Shown piece by piece: positions 1 through 12,334 of a DNA stretch of 64,000 bases; positions within the stretch are counted from its first letter, which is position 1; the number at the start of each line of letters is the position of its first letter. The notes under the pieces are model-generated. The model saw nothing but the letters and a program-made list of their open reading frames with translations, made no database searches and was not told the DNA's origin. The DNA is from Squalus acanthias. Its lineage: Eukaryota. The translations under genes were made by a program, and so were the position numbers. Location of the stretch: positions 172,858,001-172,922,000 of the forward strand of contig CM059425.1 in the NCBI GenBank assembly GCA_030390025.1, in the 5' to 3' direction.

Positions 1-96
1 ACAGAATAAGGAATGTAAGACACTGAGAAAAGTTTTCCTGATTATTGAATTAAAATGGTATTTTGACACAGATTTGAGTAGCATGATAATACTGTA

Positions 97-1219
97 CAAA
101 AAGAAAATACTGCAGATGCTGGAAATCCGAAATAAAAACAGAAAATGCTGGAGACGTGTCCGTTCTATCTCCCGCACTTCTGCCCTCACCCCTGCCCCTC
201 CCTCCCGGAACCACGACAGAGTTCCCCTTGTCCTCACCTTTCACCCCACCAGCCTCCACATTCAACGGATCATCCTCCGCCACCTCCAGCATGATCCCAC
301 CACCAAACGCATCTTCCCCTCACCTCCCCTTTCAGCATTCCGTAGGGACCGCTCCCTCTGCGACACCCTAGTCCGCTCCTCTATCACCCCCAGCACCCCT
401 TCCCCTTCGCCCGGCACCTTCCCGTGCAAGCGCAGGAGATGCAACACATGCCCTTATACCTCCCCCCTTCCCACTGTCCAGGGCCCCAAACACCCCTTCC
501 AGGTGAAACAGTGATTTACTTGTACTTCTTGCAATTTAGTATACTGTATTCGCTGCTCACGATGTGGTCTCCTCTACATTGGGGAGACCAAACGCAGATT
601 GGGTGATCGCTTTGCGGAACACCTCCATTCAGTCTGTAAGGGGGACCCCGAGCTTCCGGTCGCTTGTCACTTTAATTCTACGCACCACTCCCACTCAGAT
701 CTCACCGTCCTCGGCCTCTTGCATTGTTCCACGGAAGCTCAGCGTAAGCTCAAGGAACAGCACCTCATCTTTCGATTAGGCACTTTACAGCCCTCTGGAC
801 TCAACATAGAGTTCAACAATTTCAGATCATAACCTGGCCCCTATCATATATATATTTTTTATCCACACTTTTTGTTTGTGCCTTTTGTTCTTCTCTCCCA
901 CATGGCAGCTGTCTTTCATTCTGCCAGCGCAATTCACACTTCATCCAGAGCCATCCTTTGTTTCTTAACCTGTCCCATTACCATCTCCTTTTGCCTTGAA
1001 TATCTCTTAATGTCTCTTTAATTCTCCTGCCTTTTATCCTATCACAGGCCTTCCCTTTTGTTCTTTCATCCCCTCCCCCATTTCCCAGCCCCTATACTTG
1101 CTTTAAATCTATTTCATTTCCTGCTTTTTTCCAGTTCTGACGAAAGGTCATCGACCTGAAACGTTAACTCTGTTTCTCTCTTCACAGATGCTGCCTGACC
1201 TGCTGAGTGTCTCCAGCAT
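97..1219 (+). mobile_element. Penelope-like retroelement, 5'-truncated (RT C-terminal linker + GIY-YIG endonuclease + 3' tail), with an inverted tail fragment at the 5' end
   Basis: Translation gives CKRRRCNTC...QVKQ*FTCTSCNLVYCIRCSRCGLLYIGETKRRLGDRFAEH (GIY-YIG, PLE type). Flanked by 17-bp direct repeat AGCATGATAATACTGTA (80-96 and 1215-1231). 97-151 is the reverse complement of the element's 3' tail. Confidence 0.9.
1133..1169 (+). ncRNA. Minimal hammerhead ribozyme motif (PLE type)
   Basis: AGTT-CTGACGA-A-AGGTC/ATC/GACCT-GAAA-CG-TT-AACT: CUGANGA and GAAA core boxes, 5-bp stem II, AGTT/AACT stem I, palindromic AACGTT in place of stem III. Confidence 0.7.
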
Positions 1220-1449
1220 GATAATACTGTATATGGTAGCTGAAGTAACTGAGTGAACACAAGATGATTATTCACCATGTTTTTCAACCCAAGGAATAAG
1301 ACCATGTTATTTAATGGCAAACCATAGAATAACATTGTGATCAGATTAGTATTTCAGCCCCATTCCCAGCAACTCATTAGCCACAATATTGAGATTCCTT
1401 TGAACTGGAACCAGGATATACATTTGGGCTGTTGGAGCGCCAAATATTA

Positions 1450-2445
1450 CACAGGCTGGTCAGAGAACTCATAAAGATGTTGGGTCAGTTTAAATTTTCA
1501 AGACCTAAGATTGATCATTTTTTGTTAGGTAAGGGCATCTAGGATGTGGAGTTGAGGTACAGATTAGCCTGATTGAATGGCGGAACAGGCGCCAGTGGTT
1601 CAATAGCTTACTCCTGTTCCTATGTTCTTTTTATTTATTTTTCTCAGGAGAAAAGTCAAATTATGTCTCTGTCCATAAGTGTTTCAGTTTGTGTGTGCTA
1701 CTTGAAAATGATATACAGACTATCCAATGAATTTGAGTTGGTTTTCAACTAAACTTTTGAATATAAGCAGGCTTCTGACACAGGGTCGTAATGTTAACCC
1801 TACCCTGCTCTTTCTACAGATGCTGCCTGACCTGCATAGTATTTCCAGCATTTTCTGTTTTTATTTAAGAGGTATGCGAGTAGGGAGAGGATAGCAAATT
1901 GGTTTGAAGGAAGAAAACGGAGAGTAGGAGTTAAAAACAGTTTTTTTTTTTAAAAGAGTAGTTGGAAGTGGATAGTGGTGTTCCACGGGATCAGTTCTGG
2001 AACAACTTATGTTCAGTGTGTATTTCAATTATTTGGATATAGGCCTAGAAGGAGTAATCAGTCAGGAGAAATTTGCAGAAGATACAAAAATAGGAGGGAT
2101 AGTTAATTCTTTAGAAGATCAAAGTAAGTTCTCATTAGAACAATGTAGATTATGTGTGATATGATATAAAGTATTTAAAATTATGAAAGGGTGGGACAGG
2201 GTAGATAGAAGTAGACTGTTTCCAATAGTTGAGGGATCTAGAATGAGGCGTCATAGATACAAGATTAAATGTAAGAGGTTTAGAACAGAAGGTAGTAGAA
2301 TCTTGTTTGCACAGAGCATTGTAAGACTGTGGAATTCACTTTTAGGGTTTGTGGTTGAGGCAGAAACTATGTCAACATTCAAATTAGATTGGATAGTTGG
2401 ATGAAGGAAAGGGGGGTGAAGGGATATGGGAACAGGCAGGCACAT
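1450..2445 (+). mobile_element. Degraded CR1 LINE fragments (a 3' end at ~1450-1630 and an RT/3' region at ~1870-2445), with a Penelope-tail fragment at ~1770-1868
   Basis: GVPRGSVL and KFAEDTK-like remnants; ORF 2183-2404 resembles the CR1 ORF2 C-terminus. Confidence 0.65.
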
Positions 2446-3898
2446 TTCAATGACACAGAAATGATGTCACAATGTCTTCCACATTATTTTGCAAGATTAA
2501 TGCTAGGTGAACACCTGCTTTGTAGAATGCCCATGGAAAGTGGGTGTTAGGAGCTTCTGGCTGTGCCTTCACTGCCTGGATGGAGGGGACATTGGCAGAA
2601 AAAAGTGTTTGGGGGTGGGTGGGTGGGGTGGGGTGGGGGGGGATTTTGAAAGCTTCTCAGAAAAGCTGTGATGTGTTGGTGACTAGAAAATGTCAAACAC
2701 CAGCACTCTCACCCCAGTGTTACCAAACTCCAGGACCACCATTCCCCAATGCAGTAAATCCCAACACCCCCTCCCCAGGTACCTACCTCCAACTGATGCA
2801 TCTTATATACCATTTTGCTGTGTATCCTCAGTTTTTAAAATGGTAATGGATAAAAATTATATATATAATTAATAAATATATATATGGAACATGTAGTACA
2901 GTTTCACAGAATAATGATCAGAGTTTCAGAATTCAATCCCCAAAATTCTAGAATACTATATAATAAAAATGGAATTCGACTTATTCAATACCATAAATCA
3001 ATGGCCATGATGTTATTGCATAACACTCCTATTATTTCCAAAGAACAAATCTTCCAACTCACCATGAGCATTATCACAGGATACCTGTGCACCATTTCAC
3101 AGTTTCTATAATACTTCTCTATAACACTTCTCAGTTACACTTAATGATAGTTAAATGTCTTATTGAGGCAAATTTACTGGGATAATGTAATCTTATTGAG
3201 TCATTCTTCCCAAGTGTTTGACTCCCAACCCTAGTCCTGCCGATTCTTATTTCCATTTTCTCAATATCTGCAGCAAGCCATGGAGAAGTAAGTTAAAACA
3301 AACTAAAAACAATTGACAGTTCCAAGCTAGGTATAAATGTAGGAAAGATTGTTACAATTAGGATAATTTACACTTTCTATCTCTAACACTCTGCTCTACT
3401 TCTTAAAAATGCAAAACAATCTTAAAAATGTTGTGCATTTTAGTTCCCTCCCTGCTCTGTCGCTGTAACTTAACTTGTAAACGGGGTTTGTGCCGAACTT
3501 CCATAGAACTTCTAGAGAAGCCCCAAGGAAATTCCCAGTGAAAATGTCCTTTACTGGTCTGAGGCAATAAGCATTCTGCTTTCCTATGAAGGGTATACTG
3601 TGCTTGTGGATAAGAGATCAGAACCTAATTTTGCTTCAGCTGCGATAGAAACTGAATTTTCACTCTGTGACAAAGTTGTAGCTTAGACTAAATGTTCAGT
3701 TTCTACCTTTCAATTTTTACTCAAACAGAAGCTTGTTTAAATCACTGTTATTGTATCTACTAACCTCTTCCCCTGGACTTTTCTTGCAAAAACTACATGT
3801 AAAGGAAATTATTTCTAATAAATTATTCATAGAACGTGTTAACTGATTAAAAAAGTGAGATGTACTTAAAGCTGACTAGGTTCAATTTATGACCCCAG

Positions 3899-4040
3899 AT
3901 GCAGCCACGGCAGACTTTGAGCAAATTGCCTCTTCAAGCTAATTTTTATCCTCTGACAACAACTGCGTACATTCAGGACAATGATGTTCGTTTGACCCTG
4001 CACTCTGCTCAGTCCTTGGGAGTTGCCAGTCTAAAGAGTG
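3899..4040 (+). CDS. MAN2A1: Golgi alpha-mannosidase II, internal coding exon (fifth from last)
   Basis: cag|ATG...[48 protein letters not shown]|gtatgt. GH38 C-terminal sequence; 142 nt, ends phase 1. Confidence 0.93.
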
Positions 4041-4124
4041 GTATGTATTATTTACATTTCTTTCCTCTAAAGCTTAAACACCAGATGAGGAAATGATTTG
4101 CAACAGTGTGTTATTTATTACCTA

Positions 4125-4520
4125 GTATTTACAGCATAGAAACAGGCATTCGGCCCAACAGGTCAATGCCAGTGTTTATGCTCCACACGAGCTTCCTCCC
4201 ATCCTTCTTCATCTAACTCCATCATCTTCCTATTCCTTTCTCCCTCAAGTGTTTATCTAGCTTTTGCTTAAATGCATCTATGCTAGTCGCTTCAACTACT
4301 CCTTATAGTAGCGAGTTCCACACTCTAACCATTCTCTGGGTAAAGAAATTTCTCCTGAATTCCTTATTGAATTGATTAGTCACTATCTTATATTTATGGA
4401 CCCTAGTTCTGGTCTCCCCCGCAAGTGGAAACATCTTCTCTACATCTACCCTCTCAAACCCTTTCATTGTCTTAAAGAGCTCTATCAGGTCACCCCTCAG
4501 TCTACTCTTTTTTCTAAAAT
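4125..4520 (-). mobile_element. CR1 LINE 3' end fragment
   Basis: ORF 4303-4530 (RLRGDLIELFK...FFTQRMVRVWNSL) followed by CR1 3' UTR. Confidence 0.85.
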
Positions 4521-4782
4521 AAATTGCCACTTTGTTTGATGGGTGATTTTAATTTTCCTGGAATTCAGTGGCACAATGGTTTACCTTCTGTTGTGGTGGA
4601 AAGTGCAGCTGAAAAACTTGTCGAAAATATACAAGACTGTTTCCTGACTAAACATGTTAATGAAGTAATTAGTGATGATCATATATTAGATCTAGTGTTT
4701 AGTAGTGAGCCTGACCTCATATCGTGCCTCCATGTGGGGTGAGCATCTGGCCAAAAGTGACCACAACATTATATGGTTTCAT

Positions 4783-4891
4783 AAAAGCAAAATACTGCGG
4801 ATGCTGGAAATCTGAAATAAAAACAGAAAATGCTGGAAATACTCAGCCGGTCAGGCAGCATCTGTGGAGAGAGAAACAGAGTTAATGTTTC
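4783..4891 (-). repeat. Penelope-type 3' tail repeat (antisense), truncated by a CR1 insertion
   Basis: AAAAGCAAAATACTGCGGATGCTGGAAATCTG...GAGTTAATGTTTC is the reverse complement of the tail seen at 1160-1219 and 40332-40462. Confidence 0.8.
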
Positions 4892-5700
4892 ATAGAAACA
4901 TAGAAACATAGAAGATAGGTGCAGGAGTAGGCCATTCGGCCCCTCGAGCCTGCTCCGCCATTTAATGAGATCATGTCTGATCATCCAAATTCAGTACCCT
5001 GTCCCTGCTTTCTCCCCATATCCCTTGATCCCTTTAGCCTTAAGAAATATATCTAACTCCTTCTTGAATATATTTAATGAATTGGCCTCAACTGCCTTCT
5101 GTGGTAGAGAATTCCACAGGTTCACCACTCTCTGGGTGAAGAAATTCCTCCTCATTTCAGTCCTAAATGGCTTACCCCTTATCCTTAGACTGTGACCCCT
5201 GGTTCTGGACTCCCCCGCCATCGGGAACATCCTTCCTGCATCTAGTCTGTCTAGTCCTGTTAGAATTTTATAAGTTTCAATGAGATCCCCTCTCATTCTT
5301 CTAAACTCCAGCGAATACAAGCCCAATCGTCCCAATCTCTCTTCATACGTCATACCTGCCATCCCAGGTATCAGTCTGGTGAATCTTCGCTGCACTCCCT
5401 CCATGGCAAGAACATCCTTCCCCAGATAAGGCGACCAAAACTGCACACAATACTCACGGTGTGGTCTCACCAAGGCCCTGTACAACTGCAGCAAGACATC
5501 CTTGCTCCTGTACTCAAATCCTCTCGCTATGAAGGCCAACATACCATTTGCCTTCTTAACCGCCTGCTGCACCTGCATGCTTACCTTCAACGACTGGTGT
5601 GCAAGGACTCCCAGATCTCGTTGCACTTCCCCTTTTTCCAATCTATTGCCGTTCAGATAATCTGCCTTCCTGTTTTTGCCACCAAAGTGGATAACCTCGC
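4892..5700 (-). mobile_element. CR1 LINE 3' portion, relatively young
   Basis: Uninterrupted ORF 4991-5641 (CR1 ORF2 C-terminus), 3' UTR and (TTCTATGT)n tail at ~4890-4912. Confidence 0.92.
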
Positions 5701-6125
5701 ATAAGAAATAGGAGCAGAAGTAGGCTATTCAGCCCCTCGAGCCTGCTCCACCATAAGATCATGGCTGATCTTCTACCTCAACTCCACCTTCCCGCACTAT
5801 CCCCATATCGCTTGATTCCCTTCATAACCAAAAATATATCAATCTCAGTCTTGAATATAATCAGTGACTGAGCATCCACAGCCCTCTGGGGTAGAGAATT
5901 CCAAAGATTCACCACCCTCTGAGTGAATAAATTTTTCCTCATCTTCGTCCTAAATGGCCAACCCCTTATTCTGAGACTTTGACGCCTAGTTCGAGACACC
6001 CCAGCCAGGGGAAACATCCTCCCTGCATCTACCCTGTCAAGCACTGTAAGAATTTTAAATGTTTCAATTAGATTGCCTCTCATTCTTCTAAATTCTAGGG
6101 AAAAAAGACCTGGTCTCAATCTCTC
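5701..6125 (-). mobile_element. CR1 LINE 3' end fragment
   Basis: ORF 5778-6260 C-terminal part (GLFSLEFRRMRGNLIE...WNSLPQRAV) plus CR1 3' UTR. Confidence 0.85.
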
Positions 6126-6428
6126 AATTTGTACAGGTGATCCAACAGGCTGGTGAAAATGTTGTAAATATAAATTGCTACTTCTGCTGTAAATAATCCA
6201 CTTTAATAAGTATGTGGGCTTAATTACTAAAGTTTTGTACAGGAATCCTATACACTTCATAGATTAAAATCCATCTTTTATGCCTATTTTTGTGTTTCAT
6301 TTAAGATGATCCTGGCAAAATAATTAGCATGTTGTGGCCTATTGATGTGGTTGTTAAAATAGTTTTATTAGCATCCATGATGTAACTGCAATTAGCAGTA
6401 AGTTAAAACATATAATTTACTTTAACAG

Positions 6429-6562
6429 GTCAGCTGGAAGTCATAATGGATCGCAGACTTATGCAGGATGACAACCGTGGCCTAGGCCAAGGTGTCAAGG
6501 ACAACAAAATTACAGCCAGTTTATTCAGAGTTTTGTTGGAGAAAAGAATTGGAGTAGATATG
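6429..6562 (+). CDS. MAN2A1: Golgi alpha-mannosidase II, internal coding exon
   Basis: tttaacag|GT CAG...(G)[44 protein letters not shown]|gtaag. Contains the GH38 [12 protein letters not shown] motif; phase matches both neighbours. Confidence 0.96.
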
Positions 6563-7127
6563 GTAAGATTAATTATGCAAAACCACTATCAATTTTCTGA
6601 AGTATGACTAAGAAGTGTATGTTACTGGAAAAAATTTACGCTATTGGAAAAAAAAAACTCAGTGGAGATCATAGAATCGAATACAGCAAGTAACATTTAA
6701 ATCATTACATTTTCTTAAGAATGCTTATGGGTATGCATATTACAATGACAAGTGAATCAGGAAAATACATCATAGGATATATTTTTCTTATTTGCGTCCT
6801 TATCAACGTTGGATGCCAGCGATGGCTGTGAGTCACTTTCCAGTATTGCCAGGGCCATGGGAGAGGGGTGATGTTTGGATTGTTTAAATGAGCAGAAGAA
6901 GACAGTCAGACTTTGAAAGAATTTTTATGCCAGTTCTGTGGTACTGCGAACCCACTGCAGAATTATAGTCAGGAGATCCTTCGAGGTGCCAAGAAGGGCT
7001 TGGGCTCAGGCTCCTGCCTAAAATAGCCTGACAGGGTCAGGGACATCAACTGTGGGGAAGTGGAAGTTCTGTTCCACTCCAAATCTACAAGGTCACAGTA
7101 GGAATTTCAGGCCATAATATTCTATTT

Positions 7128-7553
7128 GTCAGCCTTAGCTCAGTAGTAGCATTCTTGCCACTTGTCGGAAGGTCATGGATCCAAGCCCCACTCCAGAGAC
7201 GTGAGCAATTAATCTAGGCTATTTGAGTGAAGTACTGCGGGAGTGCTGCACTGTCGGAGGTGTTGTCTTTCGGATGAGACCCCATCTGCCCTCTCAGGTG
7301 GCTGTAAAAGGACCCATGACACTATTTGAAGAAGAGCAGGGGAGTTCTTCTAGTGTACTGTCCCTCAAGCAACACCACCAAAACAGATTATCTATCTCAT
7401 TGCTCTTTGTGGGACCTTGCTGTGCATAAATTGGCTGCTGTTTCCCTACATTACAACAGTTACTCCACTGCAAAATTACTTCATTAACTGTGAAGCTCTT
7501 TGATACGTGCTGGGGTCATGAAAGACGCTATATAAATACAAATTCATTCTTCT
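7128..7553 (+). mobile_element. DeuSINE (SacSINE1/AmnSINE1-like) with tRNA-derived head and L2-type tail
   Basis: A-box-like TAGCTCAGTAGTAG head, Deu-domain GAAGAAGAGCAGGGGAGTTCT...TTGCTGTGCATAAATTGGCTGC, tail GCTATATAAATACAA. Confidence 0.85.
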
Positions 7554-7586
7554 TACTATTTCTGTGCACATCTAAACTGACTCCAT

Positions 7587-10500
7587 GGGCAGAATTTTCA
7601 TTGACTTGTGGAGGCAGGTTTGGAGGCGTGTGGGGGTTAAAATTGCGAAAACTGGCGGGTGGGCACAAGCCCGCCTCCATCCCGCCTCCACGCAATTTTC
7701 ATTAAATCGTGTCTGCTGGTCCCCACTCTGTCCCGCCTCCAAGAGGCGGGATAGGCCGTTAAGGCCCTTAACAAGCACTAAATTGCCTCTATAATGCCAT
7801 TTTGAAAGGCCTTTGTGACTTTAACCCTTTTTCCACGTGAAGCACGCCTGTTCTGAACCACGAATGTGAAACCTGGCGGTAGCACATTTGGATTGCTGAC
7901 TATCAGCTGCAGCTCAACCATGAAATAGGAGATGTGATCAGCCATCATTTGCAGTTGGCAGGACTTTGTTGTCTGAGGTCTGGGGGAACTTTTATATGGC
8001 ATAACCACAGCTGTGGAAGTTTGGAGCCTGACACCCATCTCCAGTGTGACCTCCTGGGAAACCCCTCTCGCCACCTTGACTGAGCGCTTCCTCAACTGAG
8101 GCATATACCAGAAGCATGGGAACCATTTATTTCCTTTCCTCCTGGACATCAGATTCGGACGAAGACCAGCCGTGGCAGCAGCAGAACAATGAACAACAGC
8201 ACCACCAGCAGCAGCAGCATCAACAGGAGCGCCAAGCTGCTCCTCACCCACCTGAAGCTGCACAGGCCAGAAGGCACCAGCGCGCAACCACATTGCTGCC
8301 CGAGATGCAAGGGACGCACTTGACCAGATTTGCTTAGCCTGCACAATCAAACACTTTTGCCTCGCACCTTCTTATCAGACCATCGACAATGGCCAGGAAC
8401 CTGCGGATTCCTATCACTCTGACCACCATACTGACAATTGCAAGTCATCCTAAGCCCTCAATGTGGAAGTCTCATTTGCGAAATGACAGACGCCACAACT
8501 TCAGCAGTTTGCCAGCAGAATTTTTAATCACACCAGCAAGTACTGGCATTTCAAGATTAAACACAACATTACACCCAAGTGACTACCCTTGTGACTACTT
8601 GTGCATTATTTTTCTTTTACGCGTGCTCCTACGTGGTGCTTCCCCTGTGGCTTCAGCAGATGTGGAGGCCCCTTGCTCACTTTCTTGCTGCTCCTGCCTC
8701 GACACCTTTGGCGGGCGTCCTCTAGGGTTGCGAGCCTGTGAGGGCTCGGCAACAGTCTGCTGCTCCTGCGGCTGGGTAGGGGTTGAGACACTGATCTCAG
8801 TTGGGTGAGGACTCTGGTGGGGCTCTGACCGAGGGCTTTGCAGTGGCTTGGTCGTGTGAGCGCTTGGAGAGGAGCCCCCACTTCCTTGCTGTCTGCCACC
8901 AACATCCCTCTTAAGGGGCAGCCCCACCTCAGCGCTTGCAAGTGGATTGAGAGCACCTTGTTGCACATCAGGGGGGTCATGGGGACCCGTATCTGCACTG
9001 GAAGTCCTACTCAGAAGGACTTCCATGAAGGTCTAGTTTCTGTGTTCAATAGATGACCATCGCTCCTCAAGAGATGCCAGTCTATTCTGAACAATGACCA
9101 TGTTTTCTATACTCTGGCGACTTATCTCCTCCATAGCCATAGCCATCCTCTCCTCTACTGTAGCCTTTCTTTCCACGGAGGTTGCCATCCTTTCCGTGGT
9201 GATGCGTTCATGCGCCAATGACTCCACAAAGGCTCTGCTCATGTTCGCTATGGACTCCATTCGCTCCACACTCGCAGCGACCCTGGAGACAAAACCTGCC
9301 AGAGAGTCCTGCATCTGTTCCTGGAGTTCCAGCACCGCTGATCTTATGGATGGATCCAGAGGCAGAGGGTCGACATGCAGCTGAGCCGAGCTAGGAGAGT
9401 CCTGCGCCCTCCGACTAGGACTCTCCACTGCTGTCCCTGTCTCCATTATCTGCTGATGCTCACTTGTGAGCTGTGATACACCAGGTGACAACACTACTCT
9501 ATCTCGCGATGTTCCCTCCGAGGTGTGAGTGTTTGCGCTGGTGCTGGGTGCGCTGAATTCTGCTGACACGGCGCCCTCATAGGTTGCAGCTTCCTCTGAG
9601 GCTCATGCTCTTCCTCCTGGATGGTGGGGACGGCTGCTCGCGATGGTCCTGGGGGGGAGTAAAGGAAAGAGTCAGAGATGTGAGTCCAAGGTTACATGCA
9701 CATTGCATATTGCAGATGATCATAAGTCAGTCTGCTGGAGCATCAGAATCATTATCAGTGACTCATGCAATGTCAATGAGAGAGATGATAAACTATTCTG
9801 TCACCAGCTTGCTCTGATGCACCCATCTGTCCGTCTCCCACTTGCGCACCCTCCTCCACTCCCATGATCGCCTCCTCCCACGTGGTGAGCTGGGCTACTG
9901 AGGGTGGCCCTCCTCCTGTCCTCGCTCTTTCCCTCTTATTGTGAGCTCTCTTTTCCTGCAAGTGGAGTTTGAGTGAGAATGAAGGAGTGAGTGTAGAGAA
10001 TCTATATCATTGATGGTTAGAAGGAGACAAATTCGGAGTGAGGTGGCAAGACCATGGGCCCTCCCTGTGTGTTGTAAGTTGTTTTCATAGCATCACAGCA
10101 ATAGGGAGTGTGAGGGCTGCATAGTCGAATAGTTAGGTGAATGTGACCATACAGAGAGAGGGAATGGGTAAGGGTGCAGGGATGTCAGTGTCAAGTGGGA
10201 TGTGGAGGAAGAGGTTGTCAAAGCTGAGTGCTGGTGAGGAGAGGCAATGGGGATCAGAATGAGGGTGATGGGAAATTCATTCTCACTTTTCCAGTGCGCA
10301 GCAGGTCATGAAACCTCTTCCTGCACTGAAGTCAGGTTCTGCGGGTTATGGACAATGAGTTGACCTCCTCTGCCACCTGGATCCACACAGCCTTCGTTTG
10401 ATGGGAAGGCTTCTTCCTCCCTGAAGAAGGGAAGAGCACCTCCTTATTAGCTCTGGCTCCCTCAATTAAAGCTTGCAGGGCGACGTCATCAAATCGAGGT

Positions 10501-10805
10501 GCAGACCTAGGTCTCTGGCTGGCCATTCTTCCTGCAGGTGCCTCTAACATGCAAAGGCAGAAGATTGGCAGCCTGCAGAGGAAGCAAGGCTTGTTGCAGA
10601 CCTTAAATGCTGCAGCAATGATGACGTCATCGGAAGCGACTTTCAGACTGGAAAAACTCACTGGCCACGGGTTCCCACACGTTGGAACTCAATTGGCCAA
10701 TTATGTTAAAATCGCATCAATCTCCCACATCGATTTAGATTCGGGTGGCTAACACGAAATGCGGATTACACGACCCCAGCCTGCCCCAGAATCAAAATCC
10801 AGCCC
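7587..10805. mobile_element. PIF/Harbinger DNA transposon, internally deleted (transposase mostly lost)
   Basis: TIRs GGGCAGAATTTT / AAAATCCAGCCC and 3-bp TSD CAT (7584-7586, 10806-10808). Myb gene on the minus strand; probable transposase N-terminal stub at 8116 (+). Confidence 0.88.
8595..10526 (-). pseudogene. Harbinger Myb/SANT-like DNA-binding protein gene, 3 exons (10526-10287, 9955-9805, 9648-~8595), disabled
   Basis: MASQRPRSAPRFDDVALQALIEG...WIQVAEEVNS...RT*LQCRKRFHDL, then EKRAHNKRERARTGGGPP. GT-AG introns, stop at 10332-10334 and frameshifts in exon 3. Confidence 0.8.
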
Positions 10806-10824
10806 CATGTCTACGGATGATGGT

Positions 10825-11510
10825 GCCAAGAAGTAGCACGTAGAAGGGTAAGAAGTAGGGGCCCAGGATGGGTTATTAGGTGACTCCAGGGATGGGTTAG
10901 TGCAGAGATGGAAGGAGAAACCATTTCTAGAAATGCTTTGATTTCATTCAGAATAGGCAAGAGTGGAACCAAGTGAGGGCAATCCCACGGAGTTAGCCAA
11001 CACAGAAAAGGAGTTGGAGGAGGAGGATGTGGTAGCTCATGTTGAAGGCTTCAAAGATTGGCAGGAAGAGAAGGAGGGGTAATGCACCTTTTTCACCTCG
11101 CATTGAATGTCATTCGTGATTTTGATTAGTGCCATTTTGATACTGTGGGGGACTCAGAAGCCTGATTGAAAGGATTCAGACAGAGGGTTGCAAGAAAGAT
11201 GGGCACGAATCTGGAAGGTAACATCCCGTTCATGGAGGTTGGAGAGGAAAAGCAAGTTGGAATTGGTTTAGTAGTTGGCAGGGGCTGAGGGTGTGTTTTT
11301 TTTTAGAAGAGAAGTAGTGCCGATGGCTTTTAAGGGGAGAGGACAGGCGCTGCCATAAGGATACAGTTTACGATATCAGCTAGCATGGGAGCCAGGAAGG
11401 GAATTTGGGCGGACAGAAGTTTAGTAGGAATAGGGTTGAGGGAGCAGGAGGCATGTCTCATGGACAAGTTGAGCTTGGAGAAGGTCAGGAGGAGGATGGG
11501 GCAGAAACTA
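10825..11510 (-). mobile_element. L2 LINE RT fragment, degraded
   Basis: SCSLNPIPTKLL...FLAPMLADIVN remnant; homologous to the L2 at 16329-18078. Confidence 0.7.
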
Positions 11511-12147
11511 GGAACATAGGAATGGGAGTAGGCCATTCAGCCCCTCAAGCTTGTTCCACCATTCAATTAGATCAAAGCTGATCTGTACTTCAACTCCATT
11601 TACCCACTGTTGATCCTTACCTAACAAAAATCTTAGCGATCTCAGTCTTGAAAATATAAATTGATCCAGCATCCACAGCCTTTTAGGGAAGCGAGTTTCA
11701 GATTTCCACCAGCCTTTATGTGACAAAGTGCTTCTTGATTTCATTCCTAAATGGCCTAGCTCTAATTTTAAGATTATGCCCTCTTGTTCTGAATTCCCCA
11801 CCAGAGGAAATAGTTTCTCTATCTACCCTATCAAATCCTTTAATCATTTTAAATACCTTGTTCAGAACACCCCTCAACTTTCTAAAGTCAAGGGAATACA
11901 AGCCAAATGTATGCAACCTGAACTCATAATTTAACCTTTTAAGCCCTGGTATATTTCTGTTGAATCTGAAGGCAGTACTCCAGATGGGGTCGAACCAAAA
12001 CTCTGTACAACTGAAGCATCACTTCCATACTTTTTCATTCCAAGCCTTTGAGATAAAGGCTGACATTAGTGTATTTTATTACTTTTTGTACCTGTTCACT
12101 AGGTTTTAGTATTTGTGTACATGGATACCTAAATCGCTTTACTCCTT
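11511..12147 (-). mobile_element. CR1 LINE 3' portion
   Basis: ORF 11716-11916 (GLYSLDFRKLRG...RTRGHNLKIR) plus CR1 3' UTR. Confidence 0.8.
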
Positions 12148-12334
12148 GGGCTAGAAATTCGTCTCGGGCGGTGGCGCAAAACAGGCGGTATAGGATCGTC
12201 AGTCTGTTATACGCAGCGCCTAATATTCAGTTCCATTGCAGTCAATGGAACCGAATATCAGGTGCTGCGGATAACGGGCAGCCGATCCGATACCGCCTGT
12301 TTTGCACCACCGCCCAAGACGAATTTCTCGGCCC
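12148..12334. mobile_element. Fully palindromic MITE (Harbinger-like termini)
   Basis: GGGCTAGAAATTCGTC... / ...GACGAATTTCTCGGCCC; imperfect inverted repeat over the whole length, centred on CCATTG-CAGT-CAATGG. No matching TSD. Confidence 0.8.

Noticed and set aside
7128..7200. tRNA gene
   Set aside because: Degenerate tRNA-derived head of a DeuSINE; no complete cloverleaf.
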